Positions 1-13,378 of a stretch of 64,000 bases of DNA are shown piece by piece. The stretch spans positions 1,664,689 through 1,728,688 of the forward strand of contig CM074809.1 in NCBI GenBank assembly GCA_037447605.1, in the 5' to 3' direction. The position numbers and the translations under genes were made by a program. Each line of letters begins with the position of its first letter. The first letter of the stretch is position 1. The notes below the pieces were generated by a model. It made no database searches. It was not told the DNA's origin and saw nothing but the letters and a program-made list of their open reading frames with translations. The stretch is from Zygnema circumcarinatum SAG 698-1b (Eukaryota; Plantae; Zygnematophyceae).

Positions 1-155
1 ATAAAATTGATCCCGAGCTCCACCGCCAAGTGCACGGACTGAATGCCCTCCTCCTCGTTGATGTCGCCGAACACACTCCCAAGAGGCGACGCGCCGAACC
101 CTATAACGGACACATGGAGCCCCGTGCTGCCCAGAGCTCTTCGAGGAAGAGTCAT
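1..155 (-). CDS. GalDH: L-galactose dehydrogenase (aldo-keto reductase fold, ascorbate biosynthesis); 5' part only, runs off the window
   Basis: Not in the ORF track. ATG at 155 in gccATG context translates MTLPRRALGSTGLHVSVIGFGASPLGSVFGDINEEEGIQSVHLAVELGINF, matching the plant GalDH N-terminus (RALGxTGLxVSxxGFGASPLGSVFG...GINF). Confidence 0.9.
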   Translation of the reverse strand, partial: MTLPRRALGSTGLHVSVIGFGASPLGSVFGDINEEEGIQSVHLAVELGINF

Positions 156-807
156 GGCTCCTGCGCGGCCGCGTCAAGGAAGATGCCTCTTCCCTCTGCG
201 AGGGAGCGAGAGAGAAAGAGAGAGAGAGTTAGGGAGAGTGAAAGAACGAGAGGGAGGGGTGGGAAGCGTAGGGGCCCCTTTGTTGACCTCTTCCAATAAA
301 TTTCGTCACGTGTAGTCCGTAACTGGATTCCCCGTTCAACTGTGAACACCAAGCAGAAGTTGATATGCGCAGCGCACAGAACAGGACTTTAATTGTGAAA
401 CGCTGCGTACATGTGAACCGATTAGGGCCCGTTCTATGATATAGGAACACATAGAATAAGCACCTGGGGCACGTTACTGCGGCTAGAACAGAACGGAACA
501 GACGCACATGGAACCTCTCCGGCCAGGCGGTCCGGGGTTGAGGGCTCCCTGAGAAAGGTGAGAGGGGAGCAGAGGCGCTGTGGGAGAGCGCGGCAGCTCC
601 GCGAGAGGGAGGCGTGGGAGGGAGGCGTGGGAGGGAGGCGCTAAGTAGGGAGAGGGAGAGGGAGAGGGAGAGGGAGAGGGAGACGTGAGAGGACGTGGAG
701 GAGCTACAGGGAGGGGAAGGGTCGGAGAGGAGGTGGTGCGCAACAGGCAGGCAGGGAAAAGCTCTGAGCCGCCTTTTTAGGGCTTCCCAAATTTGTGCAG
801 AGAAGCC

Positions 808-3800
808 ATGTCTTACGAAGACCGTGGTCGTGGTCGTGGAAGGGAGTACGATGACCATGACGAACGCTACAATGGGGCAAACCAAGACGTGCACAGCGAT
901 CAGTATGAAGTGCCGGATGTTGTGAAGACGTTTGTTTCCTACTTCTACCGCCATATTCGGGAGCAGAATGTGTACGAGATTCATCAGATGTACGAGGGAA
1001 GCTTCAATAAGCTGACCGAGCGGATGTTCACAAATAGTCCGTGGCCGCCTGTGGAGGCCATCGCCGCCATTGTAGACAATGACCATGTGTTCTGCCTCCT
1101 TTACCGCGAAATGTACTTCCGCCACCTCTATGCCAAGCTGAACCCGACCCTCGAGCAGCGGATTGAGTCCTGGGACAACTACTGCCAGCTTTTCCAAGTA
1201 ATCTTGCACGGAAACGTCAACATGCAGCTGCCGAACTTGTGGCTGTGGGATATGATTGACGAATTCATCTACCAATTTCAGTCGTTTTGCCAGTTTAGAG
1301 CGAGGTTGAAAAGCAGGTCGGACGAGGAGCTTGCCCTGCTTAGGGAGAGTGATCAGGTATGCCGCCTCGCCTTTGCAACACCTCGCATTCTTGAACGACT
1401 TCAATAACCGCGCAATTACATGCTTTTAGTTTTGAATTTAGGTCTCCTGTTTCATTTACTCGAAACAAATTACTGGTTATTTAGTACATTCGATGGAGCA
1501 AGGATATTTTTCTCTTGCTGAATCAAGCCGGTTGTTCCAACTGGCTACAAAAATGCCGCAAATTAATCGCAGAGCAAGGTCCCGCGGATAAACTTATTTT
1601 TTAGGGTTTTTAAGCTGAGATATTTATTTGCTTACATTCCATTGTTGGCTCAGAATTGATTTTTTGCGGACATTCACATTCAAATTACGGCATTTAGTGG
1701 GCCAACCTTTGTTCCGTTATCCTTTCCAGCCCGTGGTGGAACGGCTGTTACTAGAATGCATAGGAGGAATTTCACCTCTGAATCATCGCATTCTGGAGGG
1801 AGGGCAGCTTGACTATCATGCTAAGAAGAAGGTGAATTGCTGAGTGCATGACTCACGTTTTCCGTTTATTTTCGGTCTGCCGTGTCTTACACAGTATTGG
1901 AACGTGTATGGAGTGTTGAACTATCTTCAAGCACTTATTGAGAAGTCCGAAATCATTCTGATTCTTGACGATGAAGCAGAAGGAAAGTCGAATTTCACTG
2001 CGACTGAAGGGTATGATCATCAAGGTGGCAGCAATGTACTCAAGGTTCTGGGCTACTTCAGCATTATTGGGCTTTTGCGGGTCCATTGTTTGCTGGGCGA
2101 TTATCATACTGCCCTTCAGCGTCTTGCACCTATTGACATTAGTCGGCCCGGAATATTTCATCGGGTTATTGGGTGCCAAGTGACCACCATGTACTATTGC
2201 GGCTTTGCCAGCATGATGCTCAGAAGGTGCACAATCCCCCTTTTTATGTATGAATGAGGACTCACAGGTTTTAGGTTGTTCTTGTTTGGAGTGTCCTCAT
2301 GTAGACGGCATATGTTATTGGGGCAGATTGTGTTTCCACTTCTTTCAAAGCATTCAAAAATTTACTAGCTCATTTTCTATGAAAGGAAAGGCTTTGTTTT
2401 GGTATGATTACTTATCGCATCTTCTTTACACGTGACCAAAACTCTCTTTAGCCCTGCGACATAAGAGTTTTTATGGTTAAATCTAGAAGTGCCTCGGACT
2501 GCGCTATTGCTATCTTGAATCTGACAAAAAGCTTTTATTTGCAGGTATACAGACGCCATCAAAGCATTCAATGTGGTTCTCGTTCAGATTTTGAAGCACA
2601 AGCAATCGTTGGAGGGGCTTCCGCAGTTTGAACATATTGTGAAAAAGAATGAGCAAATGTATGCCCTGTTGGCGGTGTGTCTAGCCCTCTGCCCACAGGG
2701 CAAACTTGTCGACGAGAACGTGAATAATCAACTGAGGGAAAAAAATGGAGATAAGATGCTTCGGATGCAGAGAGGGGACGAGTCTGTGTTTGACGAACTA
2801 TTTTCTTATGCGTGTCCAAAGTTTATCACACCGTCTCCTCCAGACTACGACGAGCCTCGTGAAAATTATAATCAGGTGAAGCTTGGGTTTTTCCTTACCT
2901 TCTAGGCAATGAACTTTGTTGCCCCTTAGCTTTCTTGCAGTTAACAGCGTTTGAAAATTAGCACGAAACTCTGCATTTGGTTAGTGAGTTTGGAGGCAGG
3001 AAAAACGTGATCAAGAATGCTTTGAGGTGAGGGCGCCATCGGGAAAAAAGAGTAGTTTTTGCTACATGAATGGATATGTGTTATAAGTAATGAAAAAGAA
3101 AAGCTCAAAGAAGTCTTCTTCCGGATTAATGAAGTCCACTTTGAAGCATTGCATTGTTTAAGTTTAAATTCCACGGTTAAAGGACGATGGACATGTGAGC
3201 GGCAGGTTCATGGCCTGACCGGAATATGACGAGTGGAATGTAATGCGATTGTGAAATATGTGGGATATGCTGCTTAGCAGACTAATAGACGCCTCAAAGG
3301 AAACTATTTCTTGTGTAGAAAGACCTGGGGCATGCTTTTTTAAGTGTGACATGAGAGGGAGGATATGCTCAGCACAGGTGAAATGACGAGCCCGAAGGTA
3401 AGCTGATCAAGGGATAGTCATAATTTTTTTATGGGCATGTGCTTGTTTATCTGAACCGGGATACGCATGGGGACATACAGGAAGCATACAGGTTGCAATT
3501 GAAGCTTTTCCTTGCGGAGGTGCGGCAACAGCAGCTTCTGCCAAACATTCGCACATTTTTGAAGCTCTATTCGACCATTTCCATTGCCAAACTGGCGTTG
3601 TTTATGGAGCTTGACGAGGCAACGTTGAGGTAAGGTCCTGCTGAATGCGCAGTGAATGAATGAATGCCTGATGCCCTTAACCCTTCAGTCTACAGACAAC
3701 TTGGGTCCTACCTGCCTTGGGCCATACAGCTCGTGTCAAACTTGAAACGATGTTTTGAGAGTCATATATCCCCCTGGACCCCTGCCCCACCGCGAGTCCG

Positions 3801-4635
3801 TACTTATGGATGAACAATTGGATGGAGTGGTTTCATTGGGCCAGAACGTCCTTGCTGACTTACAAGCATAAAACTCACGTGGTGGACGCGTACGGTGCAA
3901 TCACGTCAGTTGCTGACGTGGACTTCTACATAGATGATGTATGTGCCAGTCCCAAAATGCAAATTCTCCCTTTTGCCATTCGTTTTGCGGTCAGTTCCCT
4001 CGGCTAGTTCGTAAGCTCCATTTCCATCAGTGTTGGTTATCGTTCTATTGCAATTTATCCGATATTACTGGACGGTCAATCCCCTCCCATACTCTCGAGT
4101 TGTTATTGCTAGTTGTCACTTCTCCTCTTAAAGTTTTCTGGTATAGGTCAAGAGACAACTGTGACTTTTCCAGGAGGACCATAGTGCAAGTGATTCTGTA
4201 ACATCGAAAGAGTGACCGCTGATGAACCGCTGCTTGTCTTGACCAGGACATGATCCACATTGCAGACAGCTCTGGGGTTCGACGGCATGGAGACTACTTT
4301 GTGAAGCATATTACGAAGGTGTGTGTGTCAACTGTCTCCTCGTGATAGGTTGATGGTTGTGTGATTGGCGATGTGGTGTCCGAGTGGCTGTTCTTTTTCG
4401 TCTTAACTGGCTCTTGGAGGAGGTTCAACCATAGGCCTCGTGATAACTCGCTGGGACACTTTCTTTTTGGCATCGCCTTTTTTCGTGAATGTCGTGCTTC
4501 GGATTATTATGATTCGGCACAACGCAAATAGATGTGGAGAACTCGCCCTAACCTTTGCCTTTTCCTGTTTTCCTGTTGGAGGCGGTGCAGTTCGAAGAAG
4601 TTGTCACAGAGCTTGACAGCGTGCAAGTCGAGTAG
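808..4635 (+). CDS. eIF3L: Eukaryotic translation initiation factor 3 subunit L, 7 exons, 523 aa
   Basis: Exons 808-1356, 1895-2226, 2545-2875, 3481-3629, 3845-3938, 4247-4318, 4591-4635 join in frame with GT-AG ends. Motifs FCLLYREMYFRHLY, PNLWLWDMIDEFIYQFQSFCQ, LGYFSIIGLLRVHCLLGDY, FSYACPKFI, FLKLYSTI. Confidence 0.97.
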
Positions 4636-5327
4636 GCTCGTCTTTTAGCACAGCGTACTGCGGGGCCTGCAACTCCTTTAGGGTTCATAGCGGGATTTGT
4701 CCACGCAAGTGTCTGCTCCTGTGCGTGCATTTTTGAATCCGGGCAATTCTATGAGCCATCCTTCCTCGTGTTGGTCAGTTGGTTAACTGGTTGATTGTCA
4801 GTTGGTTGGGTAATTGGTTGGTGGATTATGTTTCTCAATGCCGAAGCAATAGTACTTCAAACATAGCAGAACTTCATGCCAGATGTAACATGTAACATCA
4901 ATAAGCTTCGACCACAAGACCTTCCTAAGTGCTCGCGAATTAAAACAACACAACCGTCAATTTCTTAACCACTTCTATTTTAAGACAAACCAGTGAAATG
5001 AAAAGTCAATACACGAAATGGATGTTGGAACAAGCAGCGAAGGAGGTGCCGGCAGCTGCTCAAGTCATAGGATGACGTCCATTACAAAAATTATCCAGAG
5101 ATCTAAACGGAAAATCCTAAGAATGGAACCGCGAGACAACGGTTATCTCGCAAAATGCGACTCGGCGACTGGCAGCAGCAACTCATCTAAAGCAGTGCAG
5201 AAGAAGACATTCAGCATTCTAAGCTTATATCAAATCATACAGCTCTTGGGAACTGTAGGTATTATTAACATACTGGTAAAGGAATGTCAGCTAAGCCCAA
5301 ACCAGTTTCGCCTCTTAAAGGGCAGTT

Positions 5328-6565
5328 TCACGCGTACATCGTTGTGTTCAAAATCGAAGACAATAGCCCCAGGACCAAGAATGCGAGCATGGGGCTCAAA
5401 TCCAATGCTCCAAAGAATGGAGGCTGCAAACAAAGTGAGGTTCCTGTCAGGAACCCTGGAGTACCTAGTGCCTTCCAAGAGAAAAGCATTACTAATCCCT
5501 AAAGTATTCTACCAATACTTCAGCGCGTAATTTTGTAGACATTTTTAGAAACCAACGTGGATACAGCACATCACTTGGAGTTCGAACATCTCTAATCAAT
5601 ATAAAAACCCGACCTGACTCCAACAAAGTTTGGCACACAATGAGCGAAACGGTAACCTTATTAAGGTACTTCACACCCGAAATCGACAACATGAACAGAT
5701 AGGCAAGTTTGAAAGGACTCTTGCATGACAGCCTAGACAAGACAAAAAGCACACCAGCCACTGCGATTTCAGATGAACTATGGACAAATTCGTGGACCAA
5801 AAGAAAATTCGGAAGCACCATTACTTCACTCCCAAAACAACGCAACAATCACATGACTCGGCCAGGAAGAGCGCAGAAACATACCAGAATGTTTCGGAAG
5901 AGATTGAGGTAAGGGTCACACATATCGCGCATGGCTTGCAGCGGTTGTCGCTCCCAGTCGATGTTCGGAAACCAACTGAGCAGCACTCTCACTAACAGAA
6001 CACCGCTGTAAAGCTCCAGCCACTTGGCCATGCCACTTGCTACAACCGTCAACGGTGTGCTGACAGGAGCCGGCTGCCTAACAGCTGCCAAACAAAGAGA
6101 TCCTAGACCCATAGCAACGCTTTGAGCACTGAGCTGGGCCAAAACATTCGCTCGAGCCACCAAAAGCGGACCGAGGAGTGAAAGTCCAGCAGCTCCTATC
6201 ACATTTCCTGCAACCTGTCCAACTGCTCTTCCAACCGCCATGGCTGCCAGGGCCCAGCGTAGCATGTCTGGCGACGAAAGCTGCTCTGAAGCGCGTTCCT
6301 TTCCATCACAATTGTTCAACAACTCTTCAGGAAGAGCACAGCTGCATGATGTGCGCACAGCGCTCCGCCTGCCTGTCCTTGAACTAGCACCACTTAATGA
6401 ACTGTAAAGCGTGTTCGTTGACCGCAGCTGCACTTTTTGCAAAGGAAGTGGTGCAAAGGACCTGACTAAAACCACCGCATCAGAGCGCCCAGCAGAGCAG
6501 GTTGCAGGCCCAAGCGCAGCAAACGAAGGAGCGCAAGCCGCCAGAGTTGTCGCAGAAGTCGCCAT
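5328..6565 (-). CDS. YLMG1: YLMG1 / YggT-family chloroplast membrane protein, 2 exons, long N-terminal transit-like peptide
   Basis: Exons 6565-5885 and 5423-5328. WLELYSGVLLVRVLLSWFPNIDWERQPLQAMRDMCDPYLNLFRNIL|PPFFGALDLSPMLAFLVLG is the YGGT domain of the YLMG1 type; N-terminus is Ser/Ala/Arg-rich. Confidence 0.93.
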
Positions 6566-6729
6566 GGCTTCCAATCTCACACGGCCTCCAGGCACACGCG
6601 CGCGAGAGAGAGAGAGAGAGAGATAAGAATAATAAGAGAGAGAGGATAAGGATGGGAGGGGCCGCCCTTGAAGTCCTCCGGGGGGGTTGCGGGCTCAAAA
6701 GCTCAAGTTGACGAGCTCAAAAAATCTCC

Positions 6730-6778
6730 AATTCCGTACGGACCTCTTCTCGACCTCTCTGCCGTACCGTACGGAATT
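6730..6778. repeat. 12-bp perfect inverted repeat (AATTCCGTACGG ... CCGTACGGAATT) upstream of YLMG1
   Basis: Arms at 6730-6741 and 6767-6778 with a 25-bp spacer, read directly. Confidence 0.85.
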
Positions 6779-7430
6779 TTGTCGACCATCAGATTTGGAT
6801 AAAGACGATATTTTGGGCCAAACCGATACCTTGCCGATATTTAAATACCGATATTTTCAATATTGACGATATTACCATGCCTCCGGGTTTCTTTAGGATT
6901 GGTTTTTGGCACTCATTCAAAGATCGTAGTAATGAATTAACGACTTTCTTTTTTTTTCCCAAAAAGCAAAAATGTAAGTGCAAGAAGGCGGCCAACCGAC
7001 GATCCTACTTTGCGAGAAAGAGGGGAACAGACCAAGGAGCCGATCAAGGCCAAATTTTCGCATTCCGAACAGGATCCGTCTCCCCTACACGGACCACTTT
7101 CCGATAAGGGGCGCCCACGAACACCACCCGCAAACTATTGACTTCATAAAATATAAAAATGAATAGTTTATGACCAATTCCTGGGCAGCGAATGAACTCG
7201 CCCCACAAAAAGGAAAGAAAAGATAAAAAATGTGCTCAAGAGGTGTTTAAATAACCTAACACAAACGGAAAATCAGCACGATGCCCCCTCTACAAAATCA
7301 GCGTCCAGCCAAAGCTGACCTAACCCTAATCCTGGCGACCTCATGTACATGGCTCGCACAATTGTACAGCCTCCCTCCTCCCCCCAAACCCTAAACCCCC
7401 TCCGGTGGTTCCAGCCCCCCCCAGCGAACA

Positions 7431-10400
7431 TCACAAGAGAGGCCCTGCGCCGAAGTCGTCCGCCGAGAGGTCCAACATGGGCAGCAAAGTGAGAACCACG
7501 AGGACGAGGACAGCCACAAGGCCTGCCTGCCGCCATGTTCCCACACCTGTCACGTCGTTCAGAGCAGGCTTCTCTTGATTTCTCTGCACGCCTCCTCAGT
7601 AGAAGAATATTAGGTTTAACTACAGGCCAATTTCCGCAGGAGGCTCCATATTGCGCTAGAAGTTACTCGAAGAAGAAGTCATTAAATAGCATGGGAAAGG
7701 TTTCTCCGCAAGTGACTAGGAGTTTAACATTGGAATCAGCAGGATGGATTGTGACGAGTAATTTAATCATGGCCACCAGTTTGTTTGATAAACTAACTAA
7801 CCGCCGTTTGAAGCAACCTTCCCGTGATCCATTTTTTCATCAAAAAGTAGTCGAGAGGTGAAGTTAGCGCCTCACCTGGACTATAAGGATGTACAGGCCC
7901 CATGGAAGTGACAGGGCACCCCCTAGCTGCATATTCCCACCCGTACAACTTCCCCTGCTGGGTCAATTTCAAGCTAGCATGACCTTACCGCGATTGAGCT
8001 CTTACGTTGCAGCCATTTCTCTGCTAAGGAAACGTGTGATGCTGACAACATTGAGAAGGAAAACTAAAACCGCTCCAGATCACATCATACATAGCATTCC
8101 TCCCATAATCAAATTTCATTGGCAAGGCAAACAATTCTCTCAGATGTGCCGACGCAGCTCTCACCAAGCCTGTCCCGAGGAGGAGGTACGTGACAAGTCC
8201 CGATACGTTGAGAACCATCTTTCCAAAACCGGCCTGTACAGCTCCCCAATCGCCTCACAGTACAGGAATGGACGGGTTGAGACTGGACGAGGGTGCATCT
8301 CTATAGGAGAAATTGGAGGGTGCAGCTGGCTGCTAGACCCCGGAAAGGAAGCAATAACGGGACACAAACAATTGCATGACGTAGACAAACTGGACATGTT
8401 AGCCAGCTAAGTTACTTATGAGGAGGATGCAGCCTAAACGTGTGACATCCGGTGCAACCAAATGAGGAGCGTACAGTACAGCTGCATCCTGGTCTTATTC
8501 ACTTTTTAAAAAGCTTCCAGAAACAGGAGAGCACCAGCCAGCAAATAACAACGACATAAGAAGTGGAACTCAGGCACATGGATGGCTTAATTGAGCCACT
8601 GAGGGAAAGCTAAAGTTTCTACCGGGCCCCTCTGCATGTTCATTATTTTGACCCACCTGCATTGCTCTTCCGCCATCGAGGCAACCCACTGGCAGCAGAT
8701 TAAAGGCGGTGGTTGTGAGCCCACACCTGTAACAGCCGTTGCTTGGACGATAAATGGGTTTGCATCGCATCCCTTAGCACTTCGTAGCCATTTACTTTGG
8801 ACAGCCAAGGAGTACTGCGGACTAGTTTACTGAACAATAGCTGTTTAAAGGACATAATGACGTAGCCTTTTTGGGGGGGGGGGGGGGGGGGGGGNNNNNN
8901 NNNNCCGTGGTCTCTACTTCAATGAGCCCAAAAACAAAATCGCCTACAACAGCACAGGCTGCAAAACGACTCACCATCCTGCGATGACCAGAGGGTGGAT
9001 GGAGACTGTTGCTGCATGCATCGCACTATGCCCCCAGAGCACACCACCCGCCTTTCAACAATTTGCTCAATAACCAGACAAAATGGTTTTATCCAGACCA
9101 AAGTCTTTCATTAAACAGAATTTGCTTTACCTGATTGCGAAGCAACAATAATTATAAACAATAACAATATGCCCATCTAATTCTTTGCTCCTTCCGAAAG
9201 GACAGTTGTGCTGCTGAAGACAAAAAAAAAATGAAAGATGTGACTGTGGACAGGGCAGCGTTGGATAGTTGACATTCTCGTAGTGTATTCAATAGTTCGA
9301 ACCTTCGAACTAAGGCTGAAGATTGTCCAGCGCTGAAGATCATTAGGACTAACAAGCACACAGTTACAGCCATGAGATACAGAGTATTCATTAAAGGGAT
9401 TCATTCGTTCTGTACGAGGCAGACAATACTCACTCATAGCCAAGAACCGCACTGCAGGCCGACCCCATAAGCACGGAGCCCTGGAACAGCAGGCTGGGCA
9501 CCTGCACCAACTCTCCGCTTCCTTCCGGGGAAACGGTGACTGCTAATCCTAATGCCAACATGGCGGCGCTCAGAGAGGCACCAGCCAATGGGCCCGCCAT
9601 GGAGATGTCAAACTTGGCCTTCCTGTCAGGGCAAACCGACTTGAACTGCAATGGCCAAGGAATTTGTTGACTTCAGAACCGGATAATAGATAGCCAGTTC
9701 CCATTTCAAGGACAGCTCTATATGCAGGAATCCACTCAAGAAGTTTCTATTAGGAAATCAGGATAGGACAATAAGAAGCGAACCCATTCATCTGTACAGT
9801 AATGAAGTGCAATTATGCCGGAACGCCTCCGTGGCAGACACTGCATATGGACCATTTACTTGAGGAGTTGCGTGAGAATAGAGCCTACAAAATACCTGTG
9901 TGACAGCGCCAAAACTCCCAACAGTGATGTTAGGTACAAGATATGGCACGCCCAACTTTACTCCAGAGCGCGCAGCCACTAACCAGTGGCCTATCTCCTG
10001 CAACAAACACGCAAGCTCCTCGGCAATTACTGAGCGGTACGCATTGCGAGTTTTGTAGAGGAGCCATTGTTTGGGAGTCAGAAATCTCTACCAGGGCACT
10101 CCAGCGGTAGCTCTGCACCTTACCTTGTGTGCGATCTACTCTGCATACAGTACCACCATGGTCTGTGAGCATGTTTTGGTTTTTTAAATTGACTTCAATT
10201 GAATTAGATTGAACAAAGTCTTCAATAACTCAATTGGTTGAATGAATTTCGGTATTATCATTTGGAAATTGGATTGATTTGATTTTTGATATTTCTGTAA
10301 TCATTTGTTTTACGTCCCCAAAGATGTTGGATGTACGGTTCAATCTAGACAAGTCCACAAAAAGCAGTTCAATGACGCCCCAGCACAGAAAATACGAATT

Positions 10401-12847
10401 GTTCTCCAGAAATTTCTTCATTTATTTTGCTCAATCCGCACTGCACCCCATGACCTACAAACGTATTCATTTACTTCAGGCTTTTATACAGGATTCCGCT
10501 CTAAGAAGTGCAACTTATGCACAGGTACACCGTTCCTCGTATTGCCACCAGTCTTTACCCGGTTCACCTCTAATGGTATGCACTGCACTAATCACTAGCC
10601 TTCACTCATCACGAGCTCACACTAACTGATGTATAGTGCAGGCCACACCACATTCGTAGTTAAGTGTGGGGATTTTAGGGAACCTAGGGTTACTTATAAA
10701 TGTATTCCCTATACACACACTTATAAAAGAATCGTATTCATATACATACAAAGAGACGTTGTAAACAGCTCACTCTAATTACGCCATAAATATTTCGACA
10801 AACAGCAATTAGTGTGGGGCGCTTAAATTGCGTGCCAACACTAATGGAGTGGCCATAATAAATATGACTAGTGGTGTAGTGAACATATGCAGAATGTGCA
10901 TACACAGAATGTGCACTGGCCATCGCCAAACGAATGCCCAGTCTGCAATTGCGCTCCTTTTCCATGCAATGGCCGTTTGGGCAGGGAAAATCGCTTGCTC
11001 AAAAGGCCCTAACGAGCAATCAGCTAGCATCAGCAAATGAAGCTAGTATGCGAAAATTGCGCAGTAACAGTAGGACTTACCCAACCAATGTAACTCTTAA
11101 GATATATTCCCAACTTTGATTATGGGATTGCAGTCATGTCAATGCGAAGTCCTTGAGGGCCTCAGTGCCAAGTTTTCCGACCTCATTAGACTAGGGGAAA
11201 GTTTCTGAACCTCACATGAAAAATCTGCACCCCGAAGACTCCATACGCAAGCGGAAGTGCTGCCTCCACAAATGGTGCCAGAAGCTCCAGGTCTGGTGGA
11301 TCAAGAGCATCAGGATTGGGGTCTGTGAAATATTGTACCACTTCAGGGGGTAATCGTGAAATCTACGCCAGGAAAACAAGAATCAAACAACTCAGCATAA
11401 AAGAAAACAGGAAAGCAACAGCAGTGCTAAATCCATGTCAAGAACTAATGTAAGAAGATTTATCCTCAGCTTAAAACGGTTAAAAAATGCAAGCATGCAC
11501 AATATAGACGGTAGAGCAAAATGCGGATGGCAACAAGGCAGGAGTGGAAACGTGTGATAGACTTTGGAACACACCTGAAAACACAAACAAATGAAGTGCA
11601 TTAAGTAACACAAAATGTTCAGAGGATGAAGCTTAGTTCAAACTAAAATATACGCAACTTGAGCTAAAGGGAAAGGATATGCCAAGCTCCATCCGTGCAA
11701 TATCGACTTTTAGTTGGACCCAAAAATAAAAATCTCGTTATCCTCCGTGTTTCAGTCCCTTTCCGTTCCGCTTAAGTCCCAGCTGATGCAATAGAGTTGC
11801 AAAAAGGTTGAAGGCTTCAGCTGCTTGCCTCCAGAGATTTTTAAACATCAAGAACAAACAAAGTTGAACGCAAACCTGTGAAGCAAGCCCCAACTCCAGG
11901 CAAGAGCCAGCTGTCACAATGCCGAGCACAATTGCAATAATGTACTGCCAAACTCTTGTAGGTGCTCCCAGAGAGACCTCCTTCCGCAGTAACACGAAGC
12001 TCACACGAGGTCCTCCTCGACCATCATCCTCTTCAGCATTCGGTTCTTCCACCATGAAAAGGTCATACTTTTCTTCAAAGAGATCGCGTAAAGTTTTTTG
12101 GAGTCGAGCAAATACATCTTCTCGATTTCCTCTCAGGTTTCCAATAAGCAGCACTCCCTCTCCAGCATCACCAAATGACTCCTGTCCAGTTACCCAAAAC
12201 GTGGTATACCCAAATACCTTCTCACGCAACAACCTCACATCCTCTTGGTCGACTTTCTCCGGACCTAAGAGTTCAAGAACTGAGTACGAATCAAATTGCA
12301 CACTTTTTGAGGCTTCACTCTCATTTTTCTGGTCACCATTTCCTCCACTGCCACCTCCCCCTTCAGAGTCCGGTCCTTGTGACAGGCCAAACGGCGACTC
12401 CTCCTTACTCTTCTCTTCTGTAACTGTTCCCACACCCTTCCGCTCGCCTTTGTCACCATCCCCTCCATCCTGCCCGGCCGAACATTGTATTGACCTCTCG
12501 AGCCTGACTCCTTTGTTGTTTCTACTTGTACGTCGCCCGACCTCACAAGTCAGTGACCATCTCTCCGAGCTGAAGAACTCTGAGCACACATTTCGGACTG
12601 TGTGACCAAGCGCTCTCCTATTCATGCTCAGCCCTTTGCTCTCCCAGAGTGCCAAAACTCTACCATTGGAGCTGAATTTCCGGCTCTCAGTTCTGCTACC
12701 AATGCGCTTCCGATATAGTGAGCTGGAGTAATGCTGAAGCTTACCGGCCTGCTCCACCATTTGTATCTGCCTCGGCATTGCTTGCTCATATCCTAGCGAC
12801 GGCACCAGCTGTGAAGGAGACACCGTACCTAGGGCTTGAGAGCACAT
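7431..12847 (-). CDS. EGY1: EGY1-like chloroplast zinc metalloprotease (peptidase M50), 9 exons
   Basis: Exon 1 12847-11876 (EKVDQEDVRLLREKVFGYTTFWVT...GNLRGNREDVF), exon 2 11362-11216 ends QIFH and exon 3 9997-9896 starts EIGH, giving an intact HEIGH zinc motif. Also GVPYLVPNITVGSFGAVTQ, SMAGPLAG, FNLLPVGCLDGGR, and last exon 7583-7431 EKPALNDVTGVGTWR. Start codon choice is less certain. Confidence 0.94.
8873..8904. other. Assembly gap (10 N, 8895-8904) after a 22-nt poly-G tract, in an EGY1 intron
   Basis: Read directly. Confidence 0.95.
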
Positions 12848-13151
12848 ATTTACTGACCACTTTCCTGCAAAAATGCCTTCAGCTTCCACTTATCTCCTCT
12901 TCTCCTGCAACAGAGGCTACGCCGCTGCAAAAAGCTTTCCTAAAGAACGAGAAGAAGTGAACCGGCCAGCTGTAGCATGAGCCTGCATGGTCTCCAATAA
13001 GAGCCTCTCTCTTTACATGTGAAATCCTCCCACACGACCTCTCCCTCTCCTCTCTCCTCGCGCCTGCAGCTCTCCCTCTCTCAAATATCTGCCAGGGGCA
13101 CTTCTAGGAGGGGCTGCTCTCAGGGGAGGGCAGGGGGGGTGGCACTTGGAC

Positions 13152-13161
13152 GCCACGTGTC
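13152..13161. promoter_or_regulatory. G-box/ABRE (GCCACGTGTC) in the EGY1-PhyH divergent promoter
   Basis: Exact match to the CACGTGGC/ACGTGTC consensus in a ~530-bp head-to-head interval; function is inferred. Confidence 0.45.
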
Positions 13162-13378
13162 GGCACCGGATGAACCAAGAAGCGGAGGTGGGCTCATCCA
13201 ACGGCTCAGAGAAGTTTGAGGAACGATCGGACGGCCACGCGCGCGCCGGAGACGAGTCTTCCTTGGATGACGGTGGAAGGACTTCCTAGTTCTTTGATCT
13301 CGAGGGCAGGGCGAGGAAGGGAGAGCTTCTGCTGTGAGGTTGCGAGGAGGGTGAGACAGCTGCTCGCAGGTTCACAAG

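Noticed and set aside
229-1404. 391-aa minus-strand ORF, and similar shadows at 11919-12605, 50893-51492 and 55880-56281
   Set aside because: Antisense shadows of real exons (eIF3L, EGY1, GH31, HBS1).
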